This document shows, piece by piece, positions 1-11,686 of a stretch of 39,160 nt of DNA. Source of the DNA: Conidiobolus incongruus B7586 (taxonomy: Eukaryota); assembly GCA_000697335.1 (NCBI GenBank), contig JNEM01007727.1, forward strand, positions 1 to 39,160, in the 5' to 3' direction. The stretch's first letter is position 1. Each line of letters opens with the position of its first letter. Made by a program: the position numbers and the translations under genes. The notes beneath the pieces were generated by a model that was given only the letters and a program-made list of their open reading frames with translations, had not been told where the DNA came from and did not search any database.

Positions 1-846
1 TAAATAATATTAAAGTTATTAAAATTTATATATAAATTATTTAAATAATCCTTTTTGACTAAATCTATATATTTTATTTTATTTAATTTTATAATAATTA
101 ATATCTTTTAAACTAATATAGTTAATGATTAGATAATAATAGAGTTTTAGTAAATTTAGATAAATCATCAAAATACTTTTCCTTTAGAGAATATATTTTG
201 AAAATTATATATCAATTAAAATAAAATTTCTTAAAAATTTTGATTATATTGATGATCAATATTATTATATTCAATAAATAGTGATTTAAATAAGTAAGAT
301 TTATAAACTTGAATAATTTTTATTTTATCATAATTATAAAATGAATTTATATCTCACTAAGTCTATTTTTTTGATATAAAGTAAAATTTTAACAAATTAT
401 TTTCCTGACATTAATTATGTAATATATTTATAATCAAATTATAAAAAATTTCATAAAATTCATTAAAACTTATAGTGTCTATTAAATTAATGACTTTTGA
501 TATAATGATAAAGTTATTTTCTGAATTTACTTTAATAAATTAATAACATACTAAGAATTGGTTCAAGAATATATTAGTAAGTATAATGATTATCATTATT
601 ATCAGTATTTTGGTTTATAAAGATTTATAAAAATATTATTTGAATAAATAAAATCTTTCAAATATTCCAATTTAAGGTATAGATTAATGATATTAAATAT
701 GTAATTTTTAAATTTGATATAATTAAAAGAAATTATTCTGATATTTTAAAACTTAATATTATATATAAAATATATAATTTTTAATAATTTTGATTTGAAT
801 ATCTCTTACCCCAATAATTTGATCATTTTATATCATCGTGTACTTT

Positions 847-1985
847 TCAACTAGGAGATTCCATTAATTGTTTAGCAATGTTAATCGCATTACTCAAACT
901 AGTGATAAAATCTTTGATATTTTGAACACCACATGAAACTCTGATCAAATCTTGAGGTAAGCACAAATTTTGGACAGTTTCATTGAATATGGCTGAAACA
1001 TTTTTTTTGAAGGACATATACATAAAAGATGAAACGCTAAGCTCATACTAATGGTGAGTAATTTGGTTCTTTTGATGGTTGCTTCACTTAATTGGACATC
1101 TTCGGTTTCGAAACTTAAAAGCCTTCCAATAGCTTTAGATATGAAAGTATAAAGTTTGTTTTGGGGATGTGATTCAAATTCTGAATAGTGTAATTTAAAT
1201 CCTAAGCGCTCGAGATACTGAACAATTTGGAAAGCATTGGACATTAACGGTCCATTCTTAAAGCAAGTATTTTCAATCCCCTTAACAGCAAAAAACTATC
1301 AAAACTGGTTAAGTCAGAAGCATTATAACGAACAACTCCTTGAATCAATTGACCGGTCTCTCTGGATTTAACACCAGTGGCGCCAGTCACAATATCTTGA
1401 TAACCTCCCTTATACTTGGTTCTGGAATCAACAACAATATCGGCTCCCAATTCAACTAGCCTTTGTAAGTATGGTGAGACTAAAATATTATCAAGAGCAA
1501 CTAAAGCATTAGGACTTTTTTCATGAACCATTGTACAGGTGGATCAAGCATCTAAAATCTTGAGCAATGAATCAGATAGTGATTCAATTAAGACTAACCT
1601 AGTTTTATGATTCAACTTTTCTCAATTCGGGCCAAATCTGTAGAATCGACTTGATGAACTTGGATACTTAAGTGATCTTCGAGCTTTCTCAAAGGATTGA
1701 CTTTACTTCTATGGGTATGGCTACCTGTAATTACTTATTCACTATGATTAGTCAATCTGAAGCTTGTATCCAAGCTCATCATACGACAAATAATTAAGAA
1801 AACTAATTCAGCTTTCATGAATTTAGCTAAATACTTTTCTACTGTATATATATGATATACATAGTTTCGTATTCCGTAACTATTGGGCTGCTTGTACGTC
1901 GAAGTTAGATATATTGGAAGATATGGGGCCTGAAGGGATTTTCACTAAATGTATTTGGAAAGAACAAGTTCAGTAGATGATCATA
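847..1985 (-). pseudogene. Cystathionine beta-lyase-like (Cys/Met metabolism PLP-dependent) pseudogene
   Basis: Fragments in changing frames: N-terminal STELV and ..LTSTYKQP; ORF 1244-1531 has ALVALDN..SPYLQR..ELGADIVVDSRTKYKGG (eroded PLP-Lys motif, normally HSxTKYxxGH) and FDSFLLLRGLKILALRMDR followed by a stop; ORF 945-1244 continues in another frame; C-terminal IRVSCGVQNIKDFI ends at TGA 849-847. Several stops and frameshifts. 5' end approximate. Confidence 0.8.
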
Positions 1986-2820
1986 TTCTAAGTCAATTTG
2001 AGTGTGAATTCATTAAAGCTAATATTAATTCAGTATTTTACTTGATTCATTTCTTCAAGCTATTTGAAATTCGGTGATTTAAGCAAAAATTGTAAATTGA
2101 CTAAATGTTAATGAACACTAAATAATAGTATAAATCGCTTTTATCCAATTATATTTAAATAATCCTTAAGCTTGTTTCAAATAGTTTTATCTACTATGAG
2201 TCTAAACAGTTTAAAATAGCTTATGATCAATATTAACACAATTCACATCTCATTCAGAATACAAAAAGCTCGATACAATCTTGATTTAATAACAAAATAA
2301 TTGACCGATAAAATTTTATCATATTTTGTAAGTTTGATATAATGATAATTTAATAGAATACTTTTAACTTTGTTTTCAATTTGCTTTCTTTTTATCTTTA
2401 ATATTTGAAATGAATATAGTTGAATTTGAAAATTTTGATAAAATATTTGGAACCATATTAATAAATAATCATATTCTTTCTTTGAATATATAACTTATCA
2501 CAAATCCAATTCTAAAAAATAAGATATAATTCAAAGACTTGATCTTATTAACTGATATATATCTAAATGAATTTAGAGAATTTGTATATTATTCATTAAA
2601 TTTTAACACTAATTGATAATTTTTTGTTATATTTAGTATCAAATTTTTATAAATTTTACAATTGTATTGTATCTCAGTTTTTCTTTTTTGAATCAATCCA
2701 ATGTGAAAATTTTTTACAAAAGATCCCATAATTTGAAAATGAATTAATTCAAAAAATTTACCATCAATTCGTGTATAAATAGATCACAAATTTCAATTGT
2801 TTAAACTTTGAACCTAATTA

Positions 2821-2966
2821 AACAACGATGATGATAACTCCACGTTTTAACGTGAGTCGTACACCCTTATGAAGCGATTTGGATTCTTGAAATCTTCTGG
2901 TTTCGAGGGACTGATGAGCTTCCGGGTCAAGGCGATAAACTTTTGCTGCCTTCCTACTGAGTTGTT
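2821..2966 (+). ncRNA. Box C/D snoRNA, snR52-like guide for 18S rRNA Am420 (S. cerevisiae numbering)
   Basis: Terminal stem AACAAC(2821-2826)/GTTGTT(2961-2966), box C ATGATGA 2828-2834, box D CTGA 2957-2960, internal CTGATGA 2911-2917. TGCTGCCTTCCT (2944-2955) is the exact complement of conserved 18S AGGAAGGCAGCA, and the D+5 rule points to the A equivalent to A420. GC-richer island followed by a T-rich tract. Confidence 0.8.
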
Positions 2967-3926
2967 ACATTATTTTTTATTTTTTTTTTTCAAATAAAAC
3001 CATCTGATATGGATATTTTATATCTGAAACCTTAAATCTAATTTTCAAATGTTCAGATATCCTAAAGTAATATGTGTAGATCATGTTGTTTAGTATATAG
3101 ACATTATACTAACATGAATCTCATTACACATATAATCATATACTATAAACTCTGGTTTGAAATCAGATATTCTTATTACTGATAAAGCTTTGAAAAAGTG
3201 TAGATCTTCTTTTAATTATAACATTGTAAATATTCATGGCGGCTATATCAAATTGGTCGCCAGAATTGAATTTATATATTTGAATCTAGTATTCAAATAA
3301 TAGTCAACAATTCGGCAATATATTAAAATCAAAAACACTGGTGTGATTAATATATCAAGTGCCAATCACTTTCATCTTTTATATTATAAATAATACAATC
3401 AATTAAACATGATAGATAGCAGAATTAGTAATATTTTTGATTTTTTGATGATGTCAAAATATTATTTTTGTGTATTTTAATAATATAAAAATTATCATAT
3501 TAAAAATATACAATAGATTTAAGCCATCACATAAACATTCCCAAACATATGAAAAATTTAACATAATTAATTTATCCAACGTTATTGTATTTAAATATCC
3601 CAATGACTTAATATTAGTCATTCTCTTCATGATTTCATTACAAAAAAATTTTACACTTGTAAAAATTCATTCCTTACAAAATTAATTTTTTGATTATGAT
3701 TTTTACTGGTGATTGAATGGATGCCAATTGTTATTATTTTTATAATCGATGAGAATTTATTAATCGAATAATAATATTAAATATATTGATAGTTAGAGAA
3801 TCAGTATGCAATTTATTGATATTGATGGATAATATTAGTTACAAGTATATTGATATATAATAATACAATTATAACTATATTAACTTGTTTAAACATTATG
3901 GTAATTTTAAATAAATTTACCATATA

Positions 3927-3936
3927 AACCAATCAA
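3927..3936 (+). promoter_or_regulatory. CCAAT box (AACCAATCAA) upstream of ADE12
   Basis: Identical 10-mer also at 11551-11560 (upstream of CENP-C) and 24676-24685 (upstream of the sirtuin); TATATAAA follows near 4004. Confidence 0.45.
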
Positions 3937-4117
3937 CATTCAATGTAACATTAAAACTAAGAATTTCTAAAAAACCCTTAATCCGGTAACTATTAATGAA
4001 AAGTATATAAACATAGAGGAAAGAAGACTTGGAGTTGGTTAATTGATCTCACATATTCTTTAATTATATATTAAAGTAATTTTATCAATTGACAATATTA
4101 AATAAATATTAACTAAA

Positions 4118-5812
4118 ATGGAAGCTGGTAAAGTTACTGTAGTTTTGGGCGCTCAATGGGGCGACGAAGGTAAAGGTAAATTGGTCGATATTTTGGCTCA
4201 AGATACCGATATTTGTGCCCGCTGTCAAGTATGTTTTTTATCATTTGTTTTATTTTGATAGGTATTAACTGTTCTTAGGGTGGTAATAATGCTGGTCACA
4301 CTATCGTCGTTGACGGTCAAAAGTTCGACGTTCACTTACTCCCATCAGGTAATTATTATCACTGATCATGTTCTAATGCAAGACTGTTATTGACAATGAT
4401 CAATCTTTAATATTTTTTACAAATATTAATATTGGATATTTTGAATAGGTATTATTAACCCCAAATGTATTTGTGTAATTGGTCACGGTACCGTCGTCCA
4501 CTTACCCAGTTTATTCGAAGAAATTGAAAAAATTCAAAAAGGAGGTAATGCCAATCCCTTTTCATTTATATATCACCTATTAATAGCTGCCAGGTCTCAA
4601 CTGCGACGGAAGAGTCCTTATCTCCGACAGAGCTCATATCGTCTTCGACTTACATCAGATCGGTGATCGTCTTCGCGAGGTCGAATTGGGTAAGAGCAGT
4701 ATCGGAACAACCGGTAAAGGTATTGGTCCTACCTACTCTACCAAAGCCACCCGTGCCGGTGTCAGAATCCATCATCTCGTCTCCAACTTCCCCGAGTTTG
4801 AACAGAGATATCGTGCTATTTTAGATACTTATCGCAAGAGATACGGTGATTTCGAATACGACATTGAAAAGGAAATTCAACGTTATAAGGTACTATTAAT
4901 TGATCTGTTATATATTATGTATGATAATTAATAGTGTGTAATATCAGGAATTAGCTGAACGTGTCAGACCTATGACTGTTGATACTATCACATATCTCCA
5001 TGAAGCTTTGGATCAAAACAAGAAGGTTCTTGTTGAAGGTATTTGAATTTATATCATATTTCAGTTTTAATTTATTAATGCTGAGATCAGGTGCTAATGG
5101 CCTCATGCTTGATCTTGATGCCGGTACCTTCCCCTACGTCACATCCTCCAACACCTCCATTGGTGGTGTCTGCACTGGTTTAGGTCTTCCACCTCATAAG
5201 ATCGGCCGTGTCCTTGGTGTCGTCAAAGCCTACACCACACGTGTCGGTGGAGGTCCCTTCCCCTCTGAACAACTCAATGAAATTGGTGAACACTTACAAA
5301 CCGTTGGCCACGAAATCGGTGTTACCACTGGTCGTTCCCGTAGATGTGGTTGGTTAGACTTGGTTGTTATGAAATACTCCTGCCGCATTAATGGTTACAC
5401 ATCTATCAACCTTACCAAGATTGACGTTTTGGATCAACTGGAAGAAATCAAGATCGCTGTTGCATACAAGATCAATGGACAACTCTTTGACACCTTCCCA
5501 GGTAATTTCACCATATTATCCAATATGAATCTTACTAATCTTCGTTGTTTATAGCTGATCTCAATTCATTAGAAGGAGCCGAAGTGATTTACGAAACCTT
5601 GCCCGGTTGGAAGACAGATCTCAGTCAATGCAAGGACTTTGCCTCCTTACCTCCCCAAGCCCAACAATACATCCAATTTGTCGAAAACTTCCTCAAAGTT
5701 AAAGGTAAATACCATACATAGATATACTATATTTAATCACTATATTAATTATCTTTTAGTTGAATGGATTGGTGTTGGCGCTTCCAGAGATTCCATGATT
5801 CACATTCCATAA
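4118..5812 (+). CDS. ADE12: Adenylosuccinate synthetase, 8 exons (4118-4228, 4279-4348, 4449-4544, 4594-4889, 4948-5038, 5091-5501, 5555-5704, 5760-5812)
   Basis: Spliced translation gives [79 protein letters not shown] and WIGVG. All seven introns are GT-AG and keep the frame. Confidence 0.97.
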
Positions 5813-7195
5813 TTTTTAATCTTTATAAGTAATCAATAATGTGAGCATTTGTTTGATTAAATATTTTTCTTTTCTTTTCTTTTTTTTATTATTTTTAAAT
5901 AAAATACCCAATCAAAAATATATTATGATAATTTAAGTTATGTCATTATAATTAAAAGCCATTAATATTTTTTATTTATAGAGTGGCAATAATTTAGAAA
6001 TGTACTTAGATCATTGGAATCTTATAAAATCTTAGTTCTTTAAAGGAGTCAATTGGTTTTAGTTAATTTCTTTTGAATTTAAACAGGATATAGAAAATAC
6101 TTTTTTACAATTGATATAAATTTTAACTTTGAAGGTCTTATTTTCTTTCAATTTATCATTTTTTATTTTGGTAGAAGTACTAGTTCCTGAATTGCGGTAC
6201 TTGTGGTAACTTAAATTCTATTTCATAATTATTATGAATCTTTCAAATTTTTATTTGAAAGTTCAATAAATTGATATAACTGATTGCATAAGGTACTATT
6301 TAACTTTCCAAAATTAAACTATAACATACAGGATACTATTTAAAAATTTGTCAATTATTGAATAATGATATTAGTAATATCTATTAAATTCACATACACA
6401 TTTATTTCTTGAAATTTATTGAGATATTAATTAGGTTAACAATTTTAGTTTACATTACTTGAATTAATTAACAATTAGTTAAAGAATTAGACTTTAATGA
6501 ATTATAGGGATTAAAGGTTTTAAATTAATTTGATGTATTAAAATATTTACAATATTATTATATAATTCAAACAGACCTAAAATTTAAAATATGACAAATT
6601 TTATTTTTAAATTATTAATGATCAAAGCGTCTATAAAATGATGTAATATTTTGGTTGATTATTTTTCACTTAACACTATTATTATAATAAAATTGGTAAA
6701 TATCATCAATATTCAACATTCTTATATATATTTATATATAAGAATGATACATTAAACACATGATTGATAATTCTTATTTGTCATAATAATATCATTTCAC
6801 TCTTTCAATACCATTTGAATTAAATGAAACTTAAAGTTTTGATCGGTAAATTTAAATGGATGAAAAAATAAAACTAGTTCAATGGAATCTTTAGTTTGAT
6901 ATTGGCTATTGTGGCTATTAAAATGTCATATTTGCTAATAGTCGCTTAATGATATTTACAAGTTTCTACTATTGTCTTAAAGTTGCTGGATTAGGTATTT
7001 AGAATGCTAAAGTTTAAGTCATTATTAATAGAAAATGTATAGCTTGATTAGGTACATAGTATTTAAGATTAAATTCTTCAATTAGCAGCATTTCAGGAGT
7101 GAATAATAGTCCCCTTATCCTTTTATCATCATTTAATTTCTCTTTGACTATAAATACAGCTGCGATACTTTACATTCGGTCTGGTATTATACATT

Positions 7196-8128
7196 ATGGA
7201 AGATTGGATCATTTCACAGATTATTACGTACGCATCTGCTTCCATTTCCCTTATTCTTCTATGTCTATTTATTTATAATATTGTATTCATTTGCTTAAAG
7301 GTTGATAGGTTTAATGTGAATTCCAGATTTGTTACAATAGTGTTGTTGCTTTCAATATGCTTCTATTTGACAAATATTATAAAATTTAGCTTGAATTTGG
7401 TCGGTGAGTTGGATGCTTTCAAGTGTAAACAGTTGAATGGATTGGGCTGGATGTTGCTACTGGTGTCCCTAAGTTTCAGTCTGAATTTAACAGCTTCGAA
7501 AGCCTTTGAATCGTTTGGCTTGTGCTATTCAGAGTGGTTCTGGTGGACATGCACAGGTAGCTTTTGTATCGTTCCCATCTGGACCCTAACGTCAACTCTG
7601 GTGAACGGAGGATGGGATTACTCAAAATTTGGCAGTTGCTTTTTGGATGCTGATATGCTCACTCAGCCTATCATCCCATTCTTATACATCCATACATTAT
7701 TTATTTTCATAGTAATAGCAGTATTATTCTACTTGAGTTTGACGCGATCTTACATGATTGAAATATCGCATACTAGTTACTTATTTAATTTCCACCAACC
7801 TCAAGCAATCCATTCGCTTATTGATTCTTTAGAACGCCCCAACATCTTCAAATGTTTTATGCTGACCGTCTCATGTTTTATTGGCTATCTCATCAGTTTT
7901 ACACCCTTCGTCATCGTATACTTCCTTGAGCTCAGCAATTCAAAAATGGTCAAAATGAACGCTAATTGGTATTTGCTATGTGAACTGAGTTTAAATTTTC
8001 TCAGTTTAATGAATTTCATTATCTTAGCGAAATTACCGATCAAATTAAAGCTAAGATTCTGGTTCACCATCCCTAATTCCAATTCCAAATGGTACCTCAG
8101 GAGAGTATCCATCATTTCACCAGTTTAA
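7196..8128 (+). CDS. Family A (rhodopsin-like) GPCR-like 7TM protein, 310 aa, intronless
   Basis: About seven hydrophobic segments, Cys at the start of TM3 (KCKQLNG) and in ECL2 (FGSCF), TM6 YLISFTPF, TM7 SLMNFII. Confidence 0.7.
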   Translation: MEDWIISQIITYASASISLILLCLFIYNIVFICLKVDRFNVNSRFVTIVLLLSICFYLTNIIKFSLNLVGELDAFKCKQLNGLGWMLLLVSLSFSLNLTASKAFESFGLCYSEWFWWTCTGSFCIVPIWTLTSTLVNGGWDYSKFGSCFLDADMLTQPIIPFLYIHTLFIFIVIAVLFYLSLTRSYMIEISHTSYLFNFHQPQAIHSLIDSLERPNIFKCFMLTVSCFIGYLISFTPFVIVYFLELSNSKMVKMNANWYLLCELSLNFLSLMNFIILAKLPIKLKLRFWFTIPNSNSKWYLRRVSIISPV

Positions 8129-8979
8129 AATTTGTTTATTTATCATATAAAATAAAAATAAATTTTGATATTTATTATTAAAAAGATCTCCTTTTTAAAA
8201 TTATTTTAATAATTTATATTAATAATAATCAATAATAATAGAGTATGTCAATTTTGAACAGAAAATAATGTTTATAAAAAATCAATTGGGTGGATATGAG
8301 TCCAACACTTGAAAGTAATGATTTCATCACTTTTTGTACAACATTCAAACTTTCAACAATAATCTATCAATCGAATTATTATTAATATTTAATTATTTTT
8401 TATCTGATTTTCATAGTATATATCAGTCTTAAATTCAATTTGAAGATAACTGACTGTTAAATCAGGAATCGGTAGCCTTTTAATTGTTATTTCTTGCAAG
8501 TAGGCAAATTTGTTCAAGATTAAATATTAAATTTTTAGAATTATTACAAAAACCACTCAATTTATATCAATCATTGATTGAAATAATTAATCCCATATAT
8601 TATGATTATATTTTCATAATATACATCCATTGATATATCTGACATAATATATTAAAATCATATCACAGTATTATAGTATTATTGAATGATAGATTGAATT
8701 CAGTAAAAACGAGTGGGTCTTAGGTCAAATATTCAGGAGGAACTAAACTATGTTGATGAGTATAATGCAGGGTTTTCTTAAAATAAATTCTCCAATCAAA
8801 CCAATGATCGTTGATTAATTTATTTTACCAATTGTATTACCTCCAATAATTGTAATTTACTTCAATTTGATCCATTTTTGTAACCAGTGGTTATCATGAT
8901 TTATCTTTAGTAATTGTATAAATATCGTAATGATCACTCATTAATTGATATATCTTCAATATTAAATATTAATATCAAC

Positions 8980-9225
8980 ATGATAATAGATGTATTATTT
9001 TATATCGTATTGGCAGCTTCTATCAGCATGGCATTTTTTTCAATTGGTTATTACATTTATAGAGAAAGAAAGAGGAGATATCTTACGGAATATATCAGAA
9101 ACGATGATGAGAGTTGGTTACCTCCATACAGTTCAACTCCTTCCTTAGCTCCATCACTGCCACCACCTTATTATAACCCTTCAACGACGGAGGTCTCTCA
9201 AGTAACGCTACCAACACGATCTTAA
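8980..9225 (+). CDS. Small single-pass membrane protein (81 aa) with PY motifs
   Basis: ATG at 8980; N-terminal TM helix, basic stop-transfer RERKRR, cytosolic LPPY and PPPY motifs; CCAAT boxes near 8792-8805. Confidence 0.65.
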   Translation: MIIDVLFYIVLAASISMAFFSIGYYIYRERKRRYLTEYIRNDDESWLPPYSSTPSLAPSLPPPYYNPSTTEVSQVTLPTRS

Positions 9226-9514
9226 TTTTTTCTCAATTTAAATGGTCAAATGTAAATAGAAATATTATTATTATATTATAGACTTGTTTAATCATTATTA
9301 ATTAAATTTTATAAAACTAATTATTATATTATTTATAATATTAAATTTTTATAATTATCAATATTTTAAGGTTGCTTAATTAAAATCAAATATAATTTTT
9401 GATTACTAATTCACATCAATCACTGATCAAATTCCCATAATATTTAATTAATAATATATAATTAATCTACTTGATAAAAAACATATTATCCATTGTTAAA
9501 AATAAAAAATTCAA

Positions 9515-10574
9515 ATGATTAAGATTACTAAATTACCAATTCAACCAAACTTAATAAATGGTTGCTTTGTTAGATGTTTTTCCAATTCTATGATTAATTC
9601 TAAAGCTATTGACTTAAAATTTGATCATTATTTACCTCCTAACAAAGATACAAGTCAAAAATCTCTGGTTATTTTGCATGGTTTATTAGGCTCCAAACAG
9701 AATTGGAGGGCTTTAGGAAAATCATTCGCTCAAAAATTGAACGCTTCAACTTATACTCTCGATTTGAGAAATCATGGGGATAGTGCTCACGATCCTAGTA
9801 TGACTTACAAGGATATGGCTGAGGATGTTGAGCATTTTATCAAGAGTCATCAGTTGGATGAAGGTGATAAAGAATTGATTTTGATGGGACATTCCATGTA
9901 ATTCATAGGAAGCAATTATCATAAATTTAAGTTGATTAATGGTCAATTGTTAGGGGAGGTCGCGTCGCAATGGAGGTAGCCTTAAATAATCAAGTACTTT
10001 TAGACAAGCTGGTTTTAGTAGATATCAGTCCACTCAAAATGGACATTAAATCCAGCTTTGAAAAATATCTTTTTGCCATGAAGAAAGCTGACGATGCCAA
10101 TCTTACCAAGCAAAGTCAAGCTGATGAAATTCTACAAGGGTCGGTTCCAGTAATTTATTAGATCACATGTATCAACCATGTGAGATTAATTTTAATTTAG
10201 AGTTTACCAGTCCGTCAGTTCCTTCTAACCAATTACAAGAAGAATGCAAATACTGGCATTTACAAATTTCGAAATCCTTTAAATATTATCATTGATCACT
10301 TAGATCAAATTGGTAATTTGGATATCAATTCTAGAACTTTTGATAAACCTACGCTCTTTGTGAGAGGCACGCAGTCCAACTATTTAAACCCAGATCAATA
10401 TGACAAAATTCGTGAAATTTTTAAGAATTGTAAATTTGAAGATATTGATGCAGGACATTGGGGTAATATTAAATAACTATTGATTTTATAATTATATTAA
10501 CCTTGATATATGATTTAGTTCACTCTGAAAAACCAAAAGATTTTGTGGAAATTTGTGTTAAATTTTTAAATTAA
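9515..10574 (+). CDS. Mitochondrial alpha/beta hydrolase, ABHD11/Imo32-like (exons 9515-9897, 9954-10149, 10201-10462, 10519-10574)
   Basis: ILHGLLGSKQNW, LDLRNHGDS, nucleophile motif GHSMGG across intron 1, VDISP, VRQFLLTN, DAGHWVHSEKP; basic presequence-like N-terminus. Confidence 0.92.
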
Positions 10575-10901
10575 TTCAAGGATTTTTGATTTAAAAATCT
10601 TTCGAAAATTTGATGAAAAAATAAATACATCAGGATTTTATATATTATTTTGTGATAACAATAATGAATTGATATTTTAAAATGAAATTTTTTTCCCAAT
10701 TTGTAATTATTAAGATATATGAATTGAAAAAATGTTATGGTGAAAAAATCAGAAGTGATAATTGATTGATTAATAATATGAAATATTTAAAATAAAATTT
10801 GTTGATAGTATGTTAAAATGGATATTGAAGGAAAATGACAGGATAAAAGGTTTGAATAGTACAAAATTTAAATTCATATAAGATTTAAAATTATCTATTA
10901 T

Positions 10902-10975
10902 GCCCGGCTAGCTTAATCGGTATAGAGTGAGACTCTTAATCTCCAGACTTCGGGCTCGACTCACCACTTTGAGTG
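10902..10975 (+). pseudogene. Degenerate tRNA-Lys(CTT) pseudogene
   Basis: GCCCGGCTAGCT..TCGGTA..TGAGACTCTTAATCTC closely matches eukaryotic tRNA-Lys-CTT, but the D-arm, T-loop (GGGCTCGA instead of GGTTCGA) and 3' acceptor strand (TTGAGTG) are mutated. Confidence 0.75.
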
Positions 10976-11686
10976 AGTTCAATATCTTATAATGTTTTTA
11001 CTTATAGCTTTTTCATTTCATAGTATTTTCATTATATCAATTGACTTGTATTACACAATAATATTTTTATTATCCCTTGAAATATTGTCCATCAATCAAT
11101 TTATAATTATTTCAAATTTAATTTTTGTCAGATCGAAATTTCTTAATTGTTGAGAATTCAAGATATATAATTAATATCCAATAGTTATATAGTTATGATT
11201 AGCAACTTAATTTTATTTATCTCTATTAATATTTTAATTCCTGAATATTTTTCGAATTTTTATAATTGTTTTTGGTAATCAAATAATTTATCAAAGAAAA
11301 TCAATTTATTTGAAATTTTTAATGTTTAAATTGATTTAAAAGTGATAATCAATGTAATATTAGATTTTATATACCATTGAGTAATTCAAATTTCATATTT
11401 GCATTTTATAATTGTATATTTCAATATTAGATTAATATTTTTACTATTTATTTTTAAAGTGTAGATGCTGAATTTTAACCAATTTTAGAAATTTTATAGA
11501 ATTCTAATTATCATTCCGGTTCAATTTGAAATTGAACCCTATTTAAAATAAACCAATCAAATTCAACGAGATGACATCAATTGATTAATTTTGTCAAATG
11601 TGAAATGCTTTGATAAACTTTTATTCATAATAACAAAAATCATTAAACCTGAAAATTAATTGTTATTCATTTACCAAGTCATAATA

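Noticed and set aside
1..800. Possible reverse transcriptase relic (YIDD-like near 245-256)
   Set aside because: Probably an eroded repeat, but no flanking RT motifs could be aligned, so no family is called.
2904..2956. Hammerhead ribozyme core (CTGATGA + GCTT..AGGC stem)
   Set aside because: GATA replaces GAAA and there is no convincing stem III or NUH site; the box C/D snoRNA with an exact rRNA guide explains the region better.
3470..3685. 71-aa ORF
   Set aside because: Non-ATG start, AT-rich intergenic composition, no recognisable motif.
6717..6746. 14-bp inverted repeat CATTCTTATATATA/TATATATAAGAATG
   Set aside because: Mostly TA microsatellite, expected by chance in AT-rich DNA.
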